In this document: piece after piece, positions 8,234 to 15,715 of the stretch
How positions within the stretch are numbered: the first letter of the stretch is position 1
Layout of the letters: each line of letters opens with the position of its first letter
Origin: an uncultured virus (IMG/VR IMGVR_UViG_3300020536_000659)
Taxonomy: Duplodnaviria; Heunggongvirae; Uroviricota; Caudoviricetes
DNA: 20,000 nucleotides
Direction: 5' to 3' (one strand)
IMG/VR virus record: IMGVR_UViG_3300020536_000659
Notes under the pieces: generated by a model
Told to the model about the DNA's origin: nothing
The model's database searches: none
What the model saw: the letters and a program-made list of their open reading frames with translations, nothing else
Translations under genes and position numbers: made by a program

Positions 8234-8654
8234 ACTCTTTTCTTTCTTCTTCGGTTAGAGGGTTTCCTGTTGATATTTCCATACAACGGAACACTTTCTT
8301 GGTTCCGTTATTAACTATTCTTTCAATTGAATCGGGTCTAGCCTGGGCAAGATTTCCGATATCTCTTTGTCCATCCAGAGTCATTTTTCTGAATGTATTA
8401 GCCAGATCACTGACAGCTTTCTGTGAGGTTTTTTGTGCCTCTTGTATTTTTTCAGAGATAGTTTTCATTAGTTTAGAGTCGGCCACCAAAACGTCAATTG
8501 TTTTAGATTGCATTTCGTTTGATATTTGTAGAGTGCTAATGTCACTGGCCATTTTAAACATCTTTTTCTGTGAATCTTGGTAATAGAAATAGAAAGCTGT
8601 TCCCAAGCCAGCCAGAAAAACAAAAACTATGACATATGTCCAGATATTTTTCAT
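8184..8654 (-). CDS. i-spanin (Rz-like inner-membrane subunit)
   Basis: N-terminal TM (IWTYVIVFVFLAGLGTAFYFYY), long coiled coil and two C-terminal Cys, directly upstream of a lipoprotein. Confidence 0.8.
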   Translation of the reverse strand: MKNIWTYVIVFVFLAGLGTAFYFYYQDSQKKMFKMASDISTLQISNEMQSKTIDVLVADSKLMKTISEKIQEAQKTSQKAVSDLANTFRKMTLDGQRDIGNLAQARPDSIERIVNNGTKKVFRCMEISTGNPLTEEERKEYDETGKLRDCPGTVLP

Positions 8655-8912
8655 TTATGGAAGACCAGGAACGTTTACTGATGAGTCTCCGCCTTTTTTT
8701 GATGCTTCGGGGTGACCATAAGTATCTGGCCTTTTTGCCATTTTAAACGATTTAATCAATTGCATAATATGACGGCTCATCATTGATAATCTGCCAAGAG
8801 GAGGATCCACTCTATTAACATTTAAATCTCCTGTTTGAGAATTAGTTGCTCCTGAAGAATTAGCAGGAACTGATTCGGCTAATTCTTCCACGAATTGTTT
8901 AAACGTTTTCAT
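8655..8912 (-). CDS. probable internal head protein
   Basis: N-terminus MKTFKQFVEELAE closely resembles the T4 internal-protein capsid-targeting sequence (MKTYQEFIAE). Confidence 0.65.
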   Translation of the reverse strand: MKTFKQFVEELAESVPANSSGATNSQTGDLNVNRVDPPLGRLSMMSRHIMQLIKSFKMAKRPDTYGHPEASKKGGDSSVNVPGLP

Positions 8913-8949
8913 ACCGTTTCTCTCTTTTCTCGCAACAACTCTGCTAATA

Positions 8950-8957
8950 TATTTAGC
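8950..8957 (-). promoter_or_regulatory. late-promoter variant GCTAAATA
   Basis: TAAATA core, intergenic, upstream of the gene run that contains the spanins. Confidence 0.55.
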
Positions 8958-8972
8958 TGAAATTAATTCTTG

Positions 8973-9326
8973 TTACAAATTTGTCAATATTTTTTCTATT
9001 TTGTCGTCACATAAAACTCCAGATAACTTTTCTGGCAAACGATTCAAATAAGAAATAAAGGGGATTAAATACTGTTGATATTCTGGCATCTTTACCAGCA
9101 ACATTCTTGTGGTTTCTTTGTCAAAACAATTATACAAGATAATCAGATGGTTGAGTATAAGCCTTTCTTTCAGTTCGCCAGTATTGTGGTATTTGGTTAG
9201 AAGCTTTTTTATATACTTGAAACGATTCAAATCGTTTAAAAATTCGCTGGTGCTGGTACATTGTGGATTATCATAATGTTTCGCAGCGAAAATAATAAAG
9301 TTTGAATCATTCAGTACATCAAACAT
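8973..9326 (-). CDS. conserved hypothetical protein of T4-like phages
   Basis: NFIIFAAKHYDNPQC...EFLNDLNRFKYIKKLL...LKERLILNHLIILYNCF pattern, recognised from marine and soil T4-like genomes. Confidence 0.8.
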   Translation of the reverse strand: MFDVLNDSNFIIFAAKHYDNPQCTSTSEFLNDLNRFKYIKKLLTKYHNTGELKERLILNHLIILYNCFDKETTRMLLVKMPEYQQYLIPFISYLNRLPEKLSGVLCDDKIEKILTNL

Positions 9327-9329
9327 CTA

Positions 9330-9587
9330 TTAATTTTGTGACCTTTTTAAAATACTGGGATCCTTGACGTTCATCATCCCACTTACATCATTCTTTTCAG
9401 AATCAGCTGGCTTTATTACAGCAGTTTTTGAGGTGTAACCCTTTCCAATTGGAAGAGAATATATTTTAAATTTTTTGTCTGGATGTTCTGGATGAGTCAC
9501 AACATCTCCGACTTTCAGAGGCTCGCCTTTGGGAAAAGGTATAACATCGGCTTCGCTGAAAATAATCTTTTTGATTTTGTTTAGCAA
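9330..9587 (-). CDS. hypothetical protein with KOW/SH3-like motif, possible internal head protein
   Basis: TTG start, N-terminus MLNKIKKIIFSE, LKVGDVV motif. Confidence 0.65.
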   Translation of the reverse strand: MLNKIKKIIFSEADVIPFPKGEPLKVGDVVTHPEHPDKKFKIYSLPIGKGYTSKTAVIKPADSEKNDVSGMMNVKDPSILKRSQN

Positions 9588-9588
9588 T

Positions 9589-9741
9589 TTACAATCTTCC
9601 TATTTCTTTTGTACCAGTCTCTTCGCCTTTTTTCTTTCTAACATTTAATAAATGAAAAAGAGTTTCAAGAGGAGTTTTATGCAAGGCCCGCTCGGGAATT
9701 TTCTTTTGTTCTGCTATGATCTGTTTAATTTTCTCTAACAT
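9589..9741 (-). CDS. small hypothetical late protein (50 aa)
   Basis: Below the ORF-track cut-off. MLEKIKQIIAEQKKIPERALHKTPLETLFHLLNVRKKKGEETGTKEIGRL directly follows a late promoter and abuts the next gene. Confidence 0.65.
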   Translation of the reverse strand: MLEKIKQIIAEQKKIPERALHKTPLETLFHLLNVRKKKGEETGTKEIGRL

Positions 9742-9754
9742 CTTATTTTCCATT

Positions 9755-9762
9755 TATTTATA
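9755..9762 (-). promoter_or_regulatory. T4-type late promoter TATAAATA
   Basis: Exact consensus, intergenic. Confidence 0.8.
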
Positions 9763-9793
9763 ATGATGGGCCATCTTTCGATAGCCCACCATC
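9762..9793 (-). terminator. 14-bp GAAA-tetraloop hairpin (terminator or 3' stabiliser, no U-tract)
   Basis: GATGGTGGGCTATC-GAAA-GATGGCCCATCATT. Three G-U pairs make it minus-strand specific. Confidence 0.6.
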
Positions 9794-9816
9794 TACTACA
9801 ACAAAGAAAACATCAG

Positions 9817-10773
9817 TTACGAGTCTTTGGCGATTACGTCTTCAGCATCGCCTGCAATCGAGCCCATAGCCACTAGAGTTTCATACTGAATTCTTCCTGA
9901 GCGATTGCCTGTTCCGACAACCCTACGAACCCAACCAGCATGGGCGACTTTACCAGAAAGACCAGAAATTACAGGAGCCCGAGCAGTGGCTGTTTGACCC
10001 TGAAGCGTATGTCCTGTTTCGGTCAAACCTTTAGTAAGAGTGATGGCTGAACCGCCGATTGTACTTGAAAGATATACACCTGTTGAGTTTGGCGTCACAA
10101 CATAATATGAAGCGCCATTTGTCAGTCCGGCAATAACAGTGTTTCCAGCCGCGACTTCGTAGGTAACAAGATCATTGGCCTGCAGAACGTTTGTTGCAAT
10201 AGAAATAAATCCATTGGTTGCAACAGCAGAGTTGGCGTTAAAGGATTGTTTTGCTGGAGCGGCGATTGTTACTGCTGGAGGAGTTGTGTATGAGTTTCCG
10301 GAAAGGACAACGTTAACAGCAGCAATACGGCCTGTGGAGTTGGCCTGGGCATTCGCTGTTCCGTTTCCACCAACAGTCACTGCAGCATTTGCTGTGTATC
10401 CAGAACCTGGGAAATTTACCGCGATAGAGATAAGAGATCCGTTGGCCACACCAACTTCGGTTGTATCAATACCATAAACCTCAAGAGCGTTTCCATTAAC
10501 CTCAGTAGCCGCAACATAAGCTGGAGCCTGCTGGAAAATGTAGGTGTTTGAAGCACCAACTGTTGCAACTGCCGCACCAAGGTTAGAAGCTTGGACCTGA
10601 GCAGCTGTGTTAGAATCGATTCGAACAATTAGATATTTTTTGGAATCGGCTATAATGTACTCGCCGACTTTAGCCTCAGTCTGAAACAGAGTGCTTGTAC
10701 CAACACAATATCCATTGGCATAAATCTGGATAGTTCCAGTATTAGCAGTTTTAGCGTCTCGGTTACCCCACAT
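9817..10773 (-). CDS. virion structural protein (T4-like surface/decoration type)
   Basis: A/G/T/V/N-rich beta-type composition. The N-terminal WG-N-x-D and C-terminal HAGWV...GR...ETLVAM motifs are seen in structural proteins of T4-like phages. Upstream late promoter. Confidence 0.7.
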   Translation of the reverse strand: MWGNRDAKTANTGTIQIYANGYCVGTSTLFQTEAKVGEYIIADSKKYLIVRIDSNTAAQVQASNLGAAVATVGASNTYIFQQAPAYVAATEVNGNALEVYGIDTTEVGVANGSLISIAVNFPGSGYTANAAVTVGGNGTANAQANSTGRIAAVNVVLSGNSYTTPPAVTIAAPAKQSFNANSAVATNGFISIATNVLQANDLVTYEVAAGNTVIAGLTNGASYYVVTPNSTGVYLSSTIGGSAITLTKGLTETGHTLQGQTATARAPVISGLSGKVAHAGWVRRVVGTGNRSGRIQYETLVAMGSIAGDAEDVIAKDS

Positions 10774-10803
10774 ATGTTTCTTCCTTTTTGTTGTAGTTTT
10801 ATC

Positions 10804-10811
10804 TATTTATC
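10804..10811 (-). promoter_or_regulatory. late-promoter variant GATAAATA
   Basis: TAAATA core, intergenic, about 30 nt upstream of the start at 10773. Confidence 0.6.
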
Positions 10812-10826
10812 TGTTTGAGTATCTGT

Positions 10827-12170
10827 TTAAGGTTTCCCTCTAAGTTTGGTTAATCTTTCTCTGGTTCTCTTTCCTGCAGCGTCTATTTCAACCTCGGTAC
10901 TGTCCAAAACACCGCTTTGTTTTGTAAGAGTGGGTTGTGTTTTAATCCGTTCTCCAAATTTTTTAAGTCGTTCAGCTGCTGTCTCTGTAATCTCTGTATT
11001 TTCGCCAATACGTTTGCCAGCCCTTCTGCTAAAATTACCCATCAAATCTGTTTGTTTATTTGAATTTGACATGGCTTGTAACATTGCCAGTACTGTTGGT
11101 GTAAGAGCTTTTCTTTTGGCTGCGCCAACTAAAGTGCCACCAATTGTTTCAATGGCTCTATCTGCGTCTGGATGCACAAACATCTCCGAAAACATTTGAT
11201 TTACGCTCATCCTCCGAAAATCTTCATTTAGTTTATTAGAAACAAAACAATTGACGGCATTAAAGGCATATTGTTCAGAAGAAATTTTTCTTGGTGTGTA
11301 CTTCTGCACAGCTTCTGAATAAACCTCAACGATTTCTTCGAACGAAACGCCTGCTTTCTCAGCTTTTTCTTTCAAAGCTTTCACAGCCTTTGTTTCTTCG
11401 CCTGATGCCAGTGCATAGATTGTATTGACGCTTTCGCTCAAGTAAGGAATAGTTTCTTCTCCCATTACCAGCCTTTGCATAGGCATTTTTGGTATGGTAG
11501 TTGCAACACCTGAAAGTCGCTCAATAGAAATTTGTCTGACTTTGGGAAGAAGTCTTTGTGCGAGTCTTTTAATCGCTTTTTGTTTTCTTTCCAAAATCTT
11601 GTCTATCATTATTTTTTCTGGTATTGTCATCTGGTCGTATGGTGTGTGGGAAATTTTTTGTTTAATTAAATTTCTGGCCATTCTTTCGGCTCTTTTTTCG
11701 AGCCTGGATTGTGATGGCACTCTTTCTTGATATCTCAGTTGTCCCCGATAGACCTTTGGTTCGATTCTTTTCATTTGACGAGCTCTGACCAATCTTTGTT
11801 GGAAAGTCAGGGATCTTCCTTCTTGTACTGTTTCTTCCTTCATCTGAGTTTGCAGATAATCACAAGCGGTCTCGATGTAATCTTTGGCGAGGGTGATTTT
11901 AGACTGAACCCATTCTGGCAAATTGGTGTTTGGTTCTAGCATATCGTGGATACATTTGGCGTTTGTCATAATACTCTTGAGTTGTGACATCGCCATGTCG
12001 CCCTCATAGTCATACTCGTATTCATCGCCTTTTGATTTTTCGAGGATGTGCTCTTTCTCATCCATTATTTTAACAGCACAAATTTTATCGGATAATTTTT
12101 TTGGAGCTTCGGGAACGCCCTCTACACTTTTACTAGAAACAGCGGTTCTGCGGTCTTGTTTTTTCTTCAT
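10827..12170 (-). CDS. multidomain late protein, probable prohead-core/internal protein
   Basis: EGDMAMSQL...LPEWVQSKITLAKDYI module, an Arg/Lys-rich helical module and an ALKEKAEKAG...QYAFNAVNCF (DUF5824-like) module, separated by L/I/V-x-E sites. Confidence 0.7.
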   Translation of the reverse strand: MKKKQDRRTAVSSKSVEGVPEAPKKLSDKICAVKIMDEKEHILEKSKGDEYEYDYEGDMAMSQLKSIMTNAKCIHDMLEPNTNLPEWVQSKITLAKDYIETACDYLQTQMKEETVQEGRSLTFQQRLVRARQMKRIEPKVYRGQLRYQERVPSQSRLEKRAERMARNLIKQKISHTPYDQMTIPEKIMIDKILERKQKAIKRLAQRLLPKVRQISIERLSGVATTIPKMPMQRLVMGEETIPYLSESVNTIYALASGEETKAVKALKEKAEKAGVSFEEIVEVYSEAVQKYTPRKISSEQYAFNAVNCFVSNKLNEDFRRMSVNQMFSEMFVHPDADRAIETIGGTLVGAAKRKALTPTVLAMLQAMSNSNKQTDLMGNFSRRAGKRIGENTEITETAAERLKKFGERIKTQPTLTKQSGVLDSTEVEIDAAGKRTRERLTKLRGKP

Positions 12171-12204
12171 CAGAGTTTCCCTTGGGCTTATCTGTTTAAT
12201 ATTC

Positions 12205-12212
12205 TATTTAGT
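12205..12212 (-). promoter_or_regulatory. late-promoter variant ACTAAATA
   Basis: TAAATA core, intergenic, about 35 nt upstream of the start at 12170. Confidence 0.6.
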
Positions 12213-12223
12213 TAAAATGAGTT

Positions 12224-12961
12224 TTAAAGACTACTGTTTTCTTGGATAAATTTTTTGAACGACATTATGGTTGATTCTGAAGACAACGATGGTGGGCGAG
12301 TTTTCGAAATTCCCATATAATATCTCAAACTATTCCAGAGGTGTTGATGTATTTGAGGATGAGTAGAGGGAGCGGGAGGAAGTTGTGAGAAAAATTTTTC
12401 TTTTTCTCCATCAACTATCATATGTCTCATAGCTGTTCCTGTTATCTGTTCTCCAGAAGAATTTGAAATTCTGCCAAAATCGTGAATTTTAACTTTACCA
12501 GGTGTTAATTCGCCAGAATTTTCCATATGTCTTACAGTTTCTCTTAAATGTTTAGCTTGTTCTGGTTCTACATGAACATGAATCTTAGAATATTTTTCGG
12601 CATGATCTTTAAAAATTTCACCAAGACCGCGTTCTGGTGTCGTTTCAGCCCAATTAACACCTCGAGAAAACGCCTTGGCAAATTTTATTTTTTCGCCTGC
12701 TGGCATTGGACTTTCTGGAATTTTTGGCGCGCCTTCTATTTTTCTTTTAGCTAGGTTTGGTTTTTCAATTTTTTTCCAAATTTTACCAACAACGCTTTTT
12801 TTTCCTGCTGTAATACCATCAACAGCGTGGCCAACAACAACAACGTGATCAGATCCAGACTTATCAGCCATTTCTTTAATTTTATTGGCATAATAATGGT
12901 GCCCGATGCTATTAACACCACCACCAAGAGAAGTAACACCAAGAATTAAAGATTTTTTCAT
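12224..12961 (-). CDS. divergent HxGH-superfamily (cytidylyltransferase-like) nucleotidyltransferase
   Basis: Beta-strand followed by SIGH near the N-terminus, PMPAGEKIKF, and ITGTAMR (ISxTxxR/KMSKS-equivalent) followed by GEKEKFFSQLP, as in the 'cytidyltransferases' of T4-like phages. Start may be the ATG at 12961 or the TTG at 12973. Confidence 0.6.
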   Translation of the reverse strand: MKKSLILGVTSLGGGVNSIGHHYYANKIKEMADKSGSDHVVVVGHAVDGITAGKKSVVGKIWKKIEKPNLAKRKIEGAPKIPESPMPAGEKIKFAKAFSRGVNWAETTPERGLGEIFKDHAEKYSKIHVHVEPEQAKHLRETVRHMENSGELTPGKVKIHDFGRISNSSGEQITGTAMRHMIVDGEKEKFFSQLPPAPSTHPQIHQHLWNSLRYYMGISKTRPPSLSSESTIMSFKKFIQENSSL

Positions 12962-12976
12962 ATTGGTTCCCAAATA

Positions 12977-14173
12977 TTAAACGGGCTGTCTAGAAAATTT
13001 ATCATTAAGACGATTGTTTCTGGCAAAATTGTCTGGTTCAGCTGGATGATCTTTTTTGGGCAAAGCTATAGAGCTCATAACTAATTTGGCGTGGGTTTCT
13101 CCATTTTTAGCATAAAATCCTTCGCCAACATTTGTATTGCCTTGACGACCGCCAGGCATTCTGGCTGTCATTCTGAATGGAAATCTTCCAACTTTTTCTG
13201 ATTTCTCACCAATACCTTTAGTGATGGCATTAACTGCTCGTTGTAAATGGTTGTGTATTCTGAATGTTCTATTAAAATGTTCTTGGTTTTCATCGATGTG
13301 TTGTAAAGCAGCAGTCGAATCTTTTCCATCTTTTTGATATCTTGCGCGAACAAATTTCTTTAAATCTTTCACGTTTGACTGTTTGTTGCTGTTAAGAGTG
13401 CTATTGAGATACATCTCAACATAATTCAATGGTTTGGTCTTGGCTGTTGGATTTCCTTTGCGTAACAGAGGATGAACGTGACCATTTTCAAACAAGTGAG
13501 ATTCTGTGTAATTAGGATGAGAGTGTTCTTCTTCGGCAGCTGTTAGATGTTTTAAAGCTTCTGCTTTACGTTTTGGGGAAATATCCAACTCATCTGGATG
13601 CATACTAACATCCATATGTGCAATTTTGCCCTGTGGATGTTGAGTTGTGGTTCCAGCAAATGAAGGTTTAATAGGGGTTGGACCTTTTTTCGGATCCATT
13701 TCAGTGTGGAAAGCGACAAGATGTGATGCGTTTTCAGTCCCGCCAGTCGTTGGGTGATATGTTACTATATTTCCGCCAAATCCCCCTTCTGGGTTTTTTG
13801 AAAGAACATCAAATTGGTGGGATCCAGGTTCTTTTAAAGTTGCATGTAGATGCTGTGCCAATGGACGTAATATATCATGAAGATGCGGTTTTGGAACAGA
13901 ACCTTGTGGTCCGTGCAATGCTCCAACTTCTTCCGGAGACCCAAGCCATTTTGCGGCGTCTGATTTATAACTTATTGCTTTATCTTTACGAGCTAAAGAA
14001 ATGGCTCCATCAATTTTTCTTGTGATTTCTGCCTTTCTAGAAACAACATCACGAAGCAACCCAATCATGGGTTTAGTTCCATCAAGACGAATAGCTGCTT
14101 CAGCTGCGTGTCCAAGGTGGCCGTGACCGCCTTTTGATTCAGCTTCTGTGATAAACTGTTTATAAGTGAGCAT
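12977..14173 (-). CDS. ATP-dependent ligase-like covalent nucleotidyltransferase (DUF6267-like), probable internal head protein
   Basis: Motif I ITRKIDG, motif IV GEGFY and motif V AKLV. N-terminus MLTYKQFITEAE. Confidence 0.6.
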   Translation of the reverse strand: MLTYKQFITEAESKGGHGHLGHAAEAAIRLDGTKPMIGLLRDVVSRKAEITRKIDGAISLARKDKAISYKSDAAKWLGSPEEVGALHGPQGSVPKPHLHDILRPLAQHLHATLKEPGSHQFDVLSKNPEGGFGGNIVTYHPTTGGTENASHLVAFHTEMDPKKGPTPIKPSFAGTTTQHPQGKIAHMDVSMHPDELDISPKRKAEALKHLTAAEEEHSHPNYTESHLFENGHVHPLLRKGNPTAKTKPLNYVEMYLNSTLNSNKQSNVKDLKKFVRARYQKDGKDSTAALQHIDENQEHFNRTFRIHNHLQRAVNAITKGIGEKSEKVGRFPFRMTARMPGGRQGNTNVGEGFYAKNGETHAKLVMSSIALPKKDHPAEPDNFARNNRLNDKFSRQPV

Positions 14174-14176
14174 TTT

Positions 14177-15601
14177 TTATCTTCCTGACCAAGATCTGTC
14201 TTTGTAAAATGCCAAAGATTTTCCTATGGGTTTATTTGGCATCAAACCAGACCCCGATTTAATGTTTGTAAATCTTCTATCATGGCTAACAGAAAATAAC
14301 GTACTACCTGTCGATCTTTTTATAGTGAAAGACTGAGATCCGGGAGTATAAGAAACTGAAAACTGTCTGTTTGGATCAGATGCATTTTTGATATCAAAAT
14401 CGTGAGCGTTTCTTAACAAACGCGGAAGATTGGCCACTTTAGTTTTTGGTTCTTCTCCATCATTAGCTACGCTTACGTGAAAAATTCTAATGACTTTTCT
14501 CTCTTTTGATTGTCTGTCTGGTATTCCAGATATTTCAGAATGAAAATTTTTCAACAAACGACCATGTTCATCTGGGTGCGTTCTAACTTTGCTATAGACT
14601 CTATTAAGAGCGCGTGCAGCAGCAGAATAATAATTTGGTATAGAGTTTTTATCAGAAGATTCTTCATGATGTTTATGTAGCTCATCAGATGTTGGTAATT
14701 TTTTTTCTTTTGCTATCTCATCATATTGTTTTGCTTGTTCTGATCCCTTTGGGATTCTTCTGGTTATTTTAGCAAGCAATTCTTTACCAGATTTATCTGT
14801 TTTTTTAAATAATTGGGGATTAGAATTAATCACACCTTTGACAGCAAGTAATTTTGTTTGTTTACCATCAGGCGTTTTTTGCATCAAAGGATGATCTTCA
14901 TCAAAATCCAACGAACTTTTTGCTTTTTTGTGTAGAGAATCCAGATTTTTTTTGGCTGTCGGCCCCAAAACAGCACCAACCAAATTACTAATGTGATGGT
15001 GTAAAACTGCAAATCCTGGCCCTCTTAGTTTGTCTGATGCACTTTTTTTGCCGCTTTCTCCATATCCAGAAACTTTGAGAGAGACACCAGCTAACAATCC
15101 TTCTCCATGTTTTAACGAAGAAAGAGGATCTTCAGAATGTTCCGAAGTTTCTGTGCTATGTTTTACTATCGGGACAACCACATCAGCATTAGAGGAAACT
15201 CCATATTTTTCTTCAACACCCCTTTCTTGACCAGCTCCAGTGGCATGCGGAGGCCCAGCTACGGAGAACCCCTCAGTATGAAGATGATGAATAAAATGAG
15301 CCGCAGATTTTACTGTATCAGAATACAGTTTATCAAATCTACCGTGTTTTAATTTTTTTTTAAACGGTTTCATTTCATCTGATTCGCCGCCATCTTTTTT
15401 AAAACTAGCTTGAGAGGATTGATGATGCAGTTCATCCAAAGCTTGTTCATGGCTCATTCCAGAAACTCTTTTATTGTAATAGGAGTTTATTGCATGATGA
15501 AAAGCGTGTTCGGAAATTCTTCCATTTGCATCAGTAAGTTCGCCTTTACTTAACTGTGCTTCTGTTAAAAAATTTTCCACAAAATATTTAAAACTGTGCA
15601 A
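14177..15601 (-). CDS. PD-(D/E)XK nuclease-fold protein, probable internal head protein
   Basis: GRISE helix, NADVVV and GVSLK. The true start is probably the TTG at 15601 (AGGAG SD), giving MHSFKYFVENFLTEA. Confidence 0.55.
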   Translation of the reverse strand: MHSFKYFVENFLTEAQLSKGELTDANGRISEHAFHHAINSYYNKRVSGMSHEQALDELHHQSSQASFKKDGGESDEMKPFKKKLKHGRFDKLYSDTVKSAAHFIHHLHTEGFSVAGPPHATGAGQERGVEEKYGVSSNADVVVPIVKHSTETSEHSEDPLSSLKHGEGLLAGVSLKVSGYGESGKKSASDKLRGPGFAVLHHHISNLVGAVLGPTAKKNLDSLHKKAKSSLDFDEDHPLMQKTPDGKQTKLLAVKGVINSNPQLFKKTDKSGKELLAKITRRIPKGSEQAKQYDEIAKEKKLPTSDELHKHHEESSDKNSIPNYYSAAARALNRVYSKVRTHPDEHGRLLKNFHSEISGIPDRQSKERKVIRIFHVSVANDGEEPKTKVANLPRLLRNAHDFDIKNASDPNRQFSVSYTPGSQSFTIKRSTGSTLFSVSHDRRFTNIKSGSGLMPNKPIGKSLAFYKDRSWSGR

Positions 15602-15636
15602 AGGAGGCTCTCCTGAAACGATTATAGAAGTCATAT

Positions 15637-15644
15637 TATTTATA
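15637..15644 (-). promoter_or_regulatory. T4-type late promoter TATAAATA
   Basis: Exact consensus directly after a terminator, heading the three-gene run 15601-12224. Confidence 0.8.
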
Positions 15645-15646
15645 AT

Positions 15647-15673
15647 AAAAAAAATCCCCGCCGAAGCGGGGAT
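15647..15673 (-). terminator. Rho-independent terminator with UUCG tetraloop
   Basis: ATCCCCGC-TTCG-GCGGGGAT followed by a T7 run. Confidence 0.9.
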
Positions 15674-15715
15674 CTGTTTAGATACAGACAGGTTAATATT
15701 CTAATGTTCAGGCTT

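Noticed and set aside
15602..15634. ATG at 15634 as the start of the 485-aa ORF
   Set aside because: It is only 2 nt from TATAAATA, so it would fall upstream of the late transcription start. The TTG at 15601 has an SD and exposes the targeting motif.
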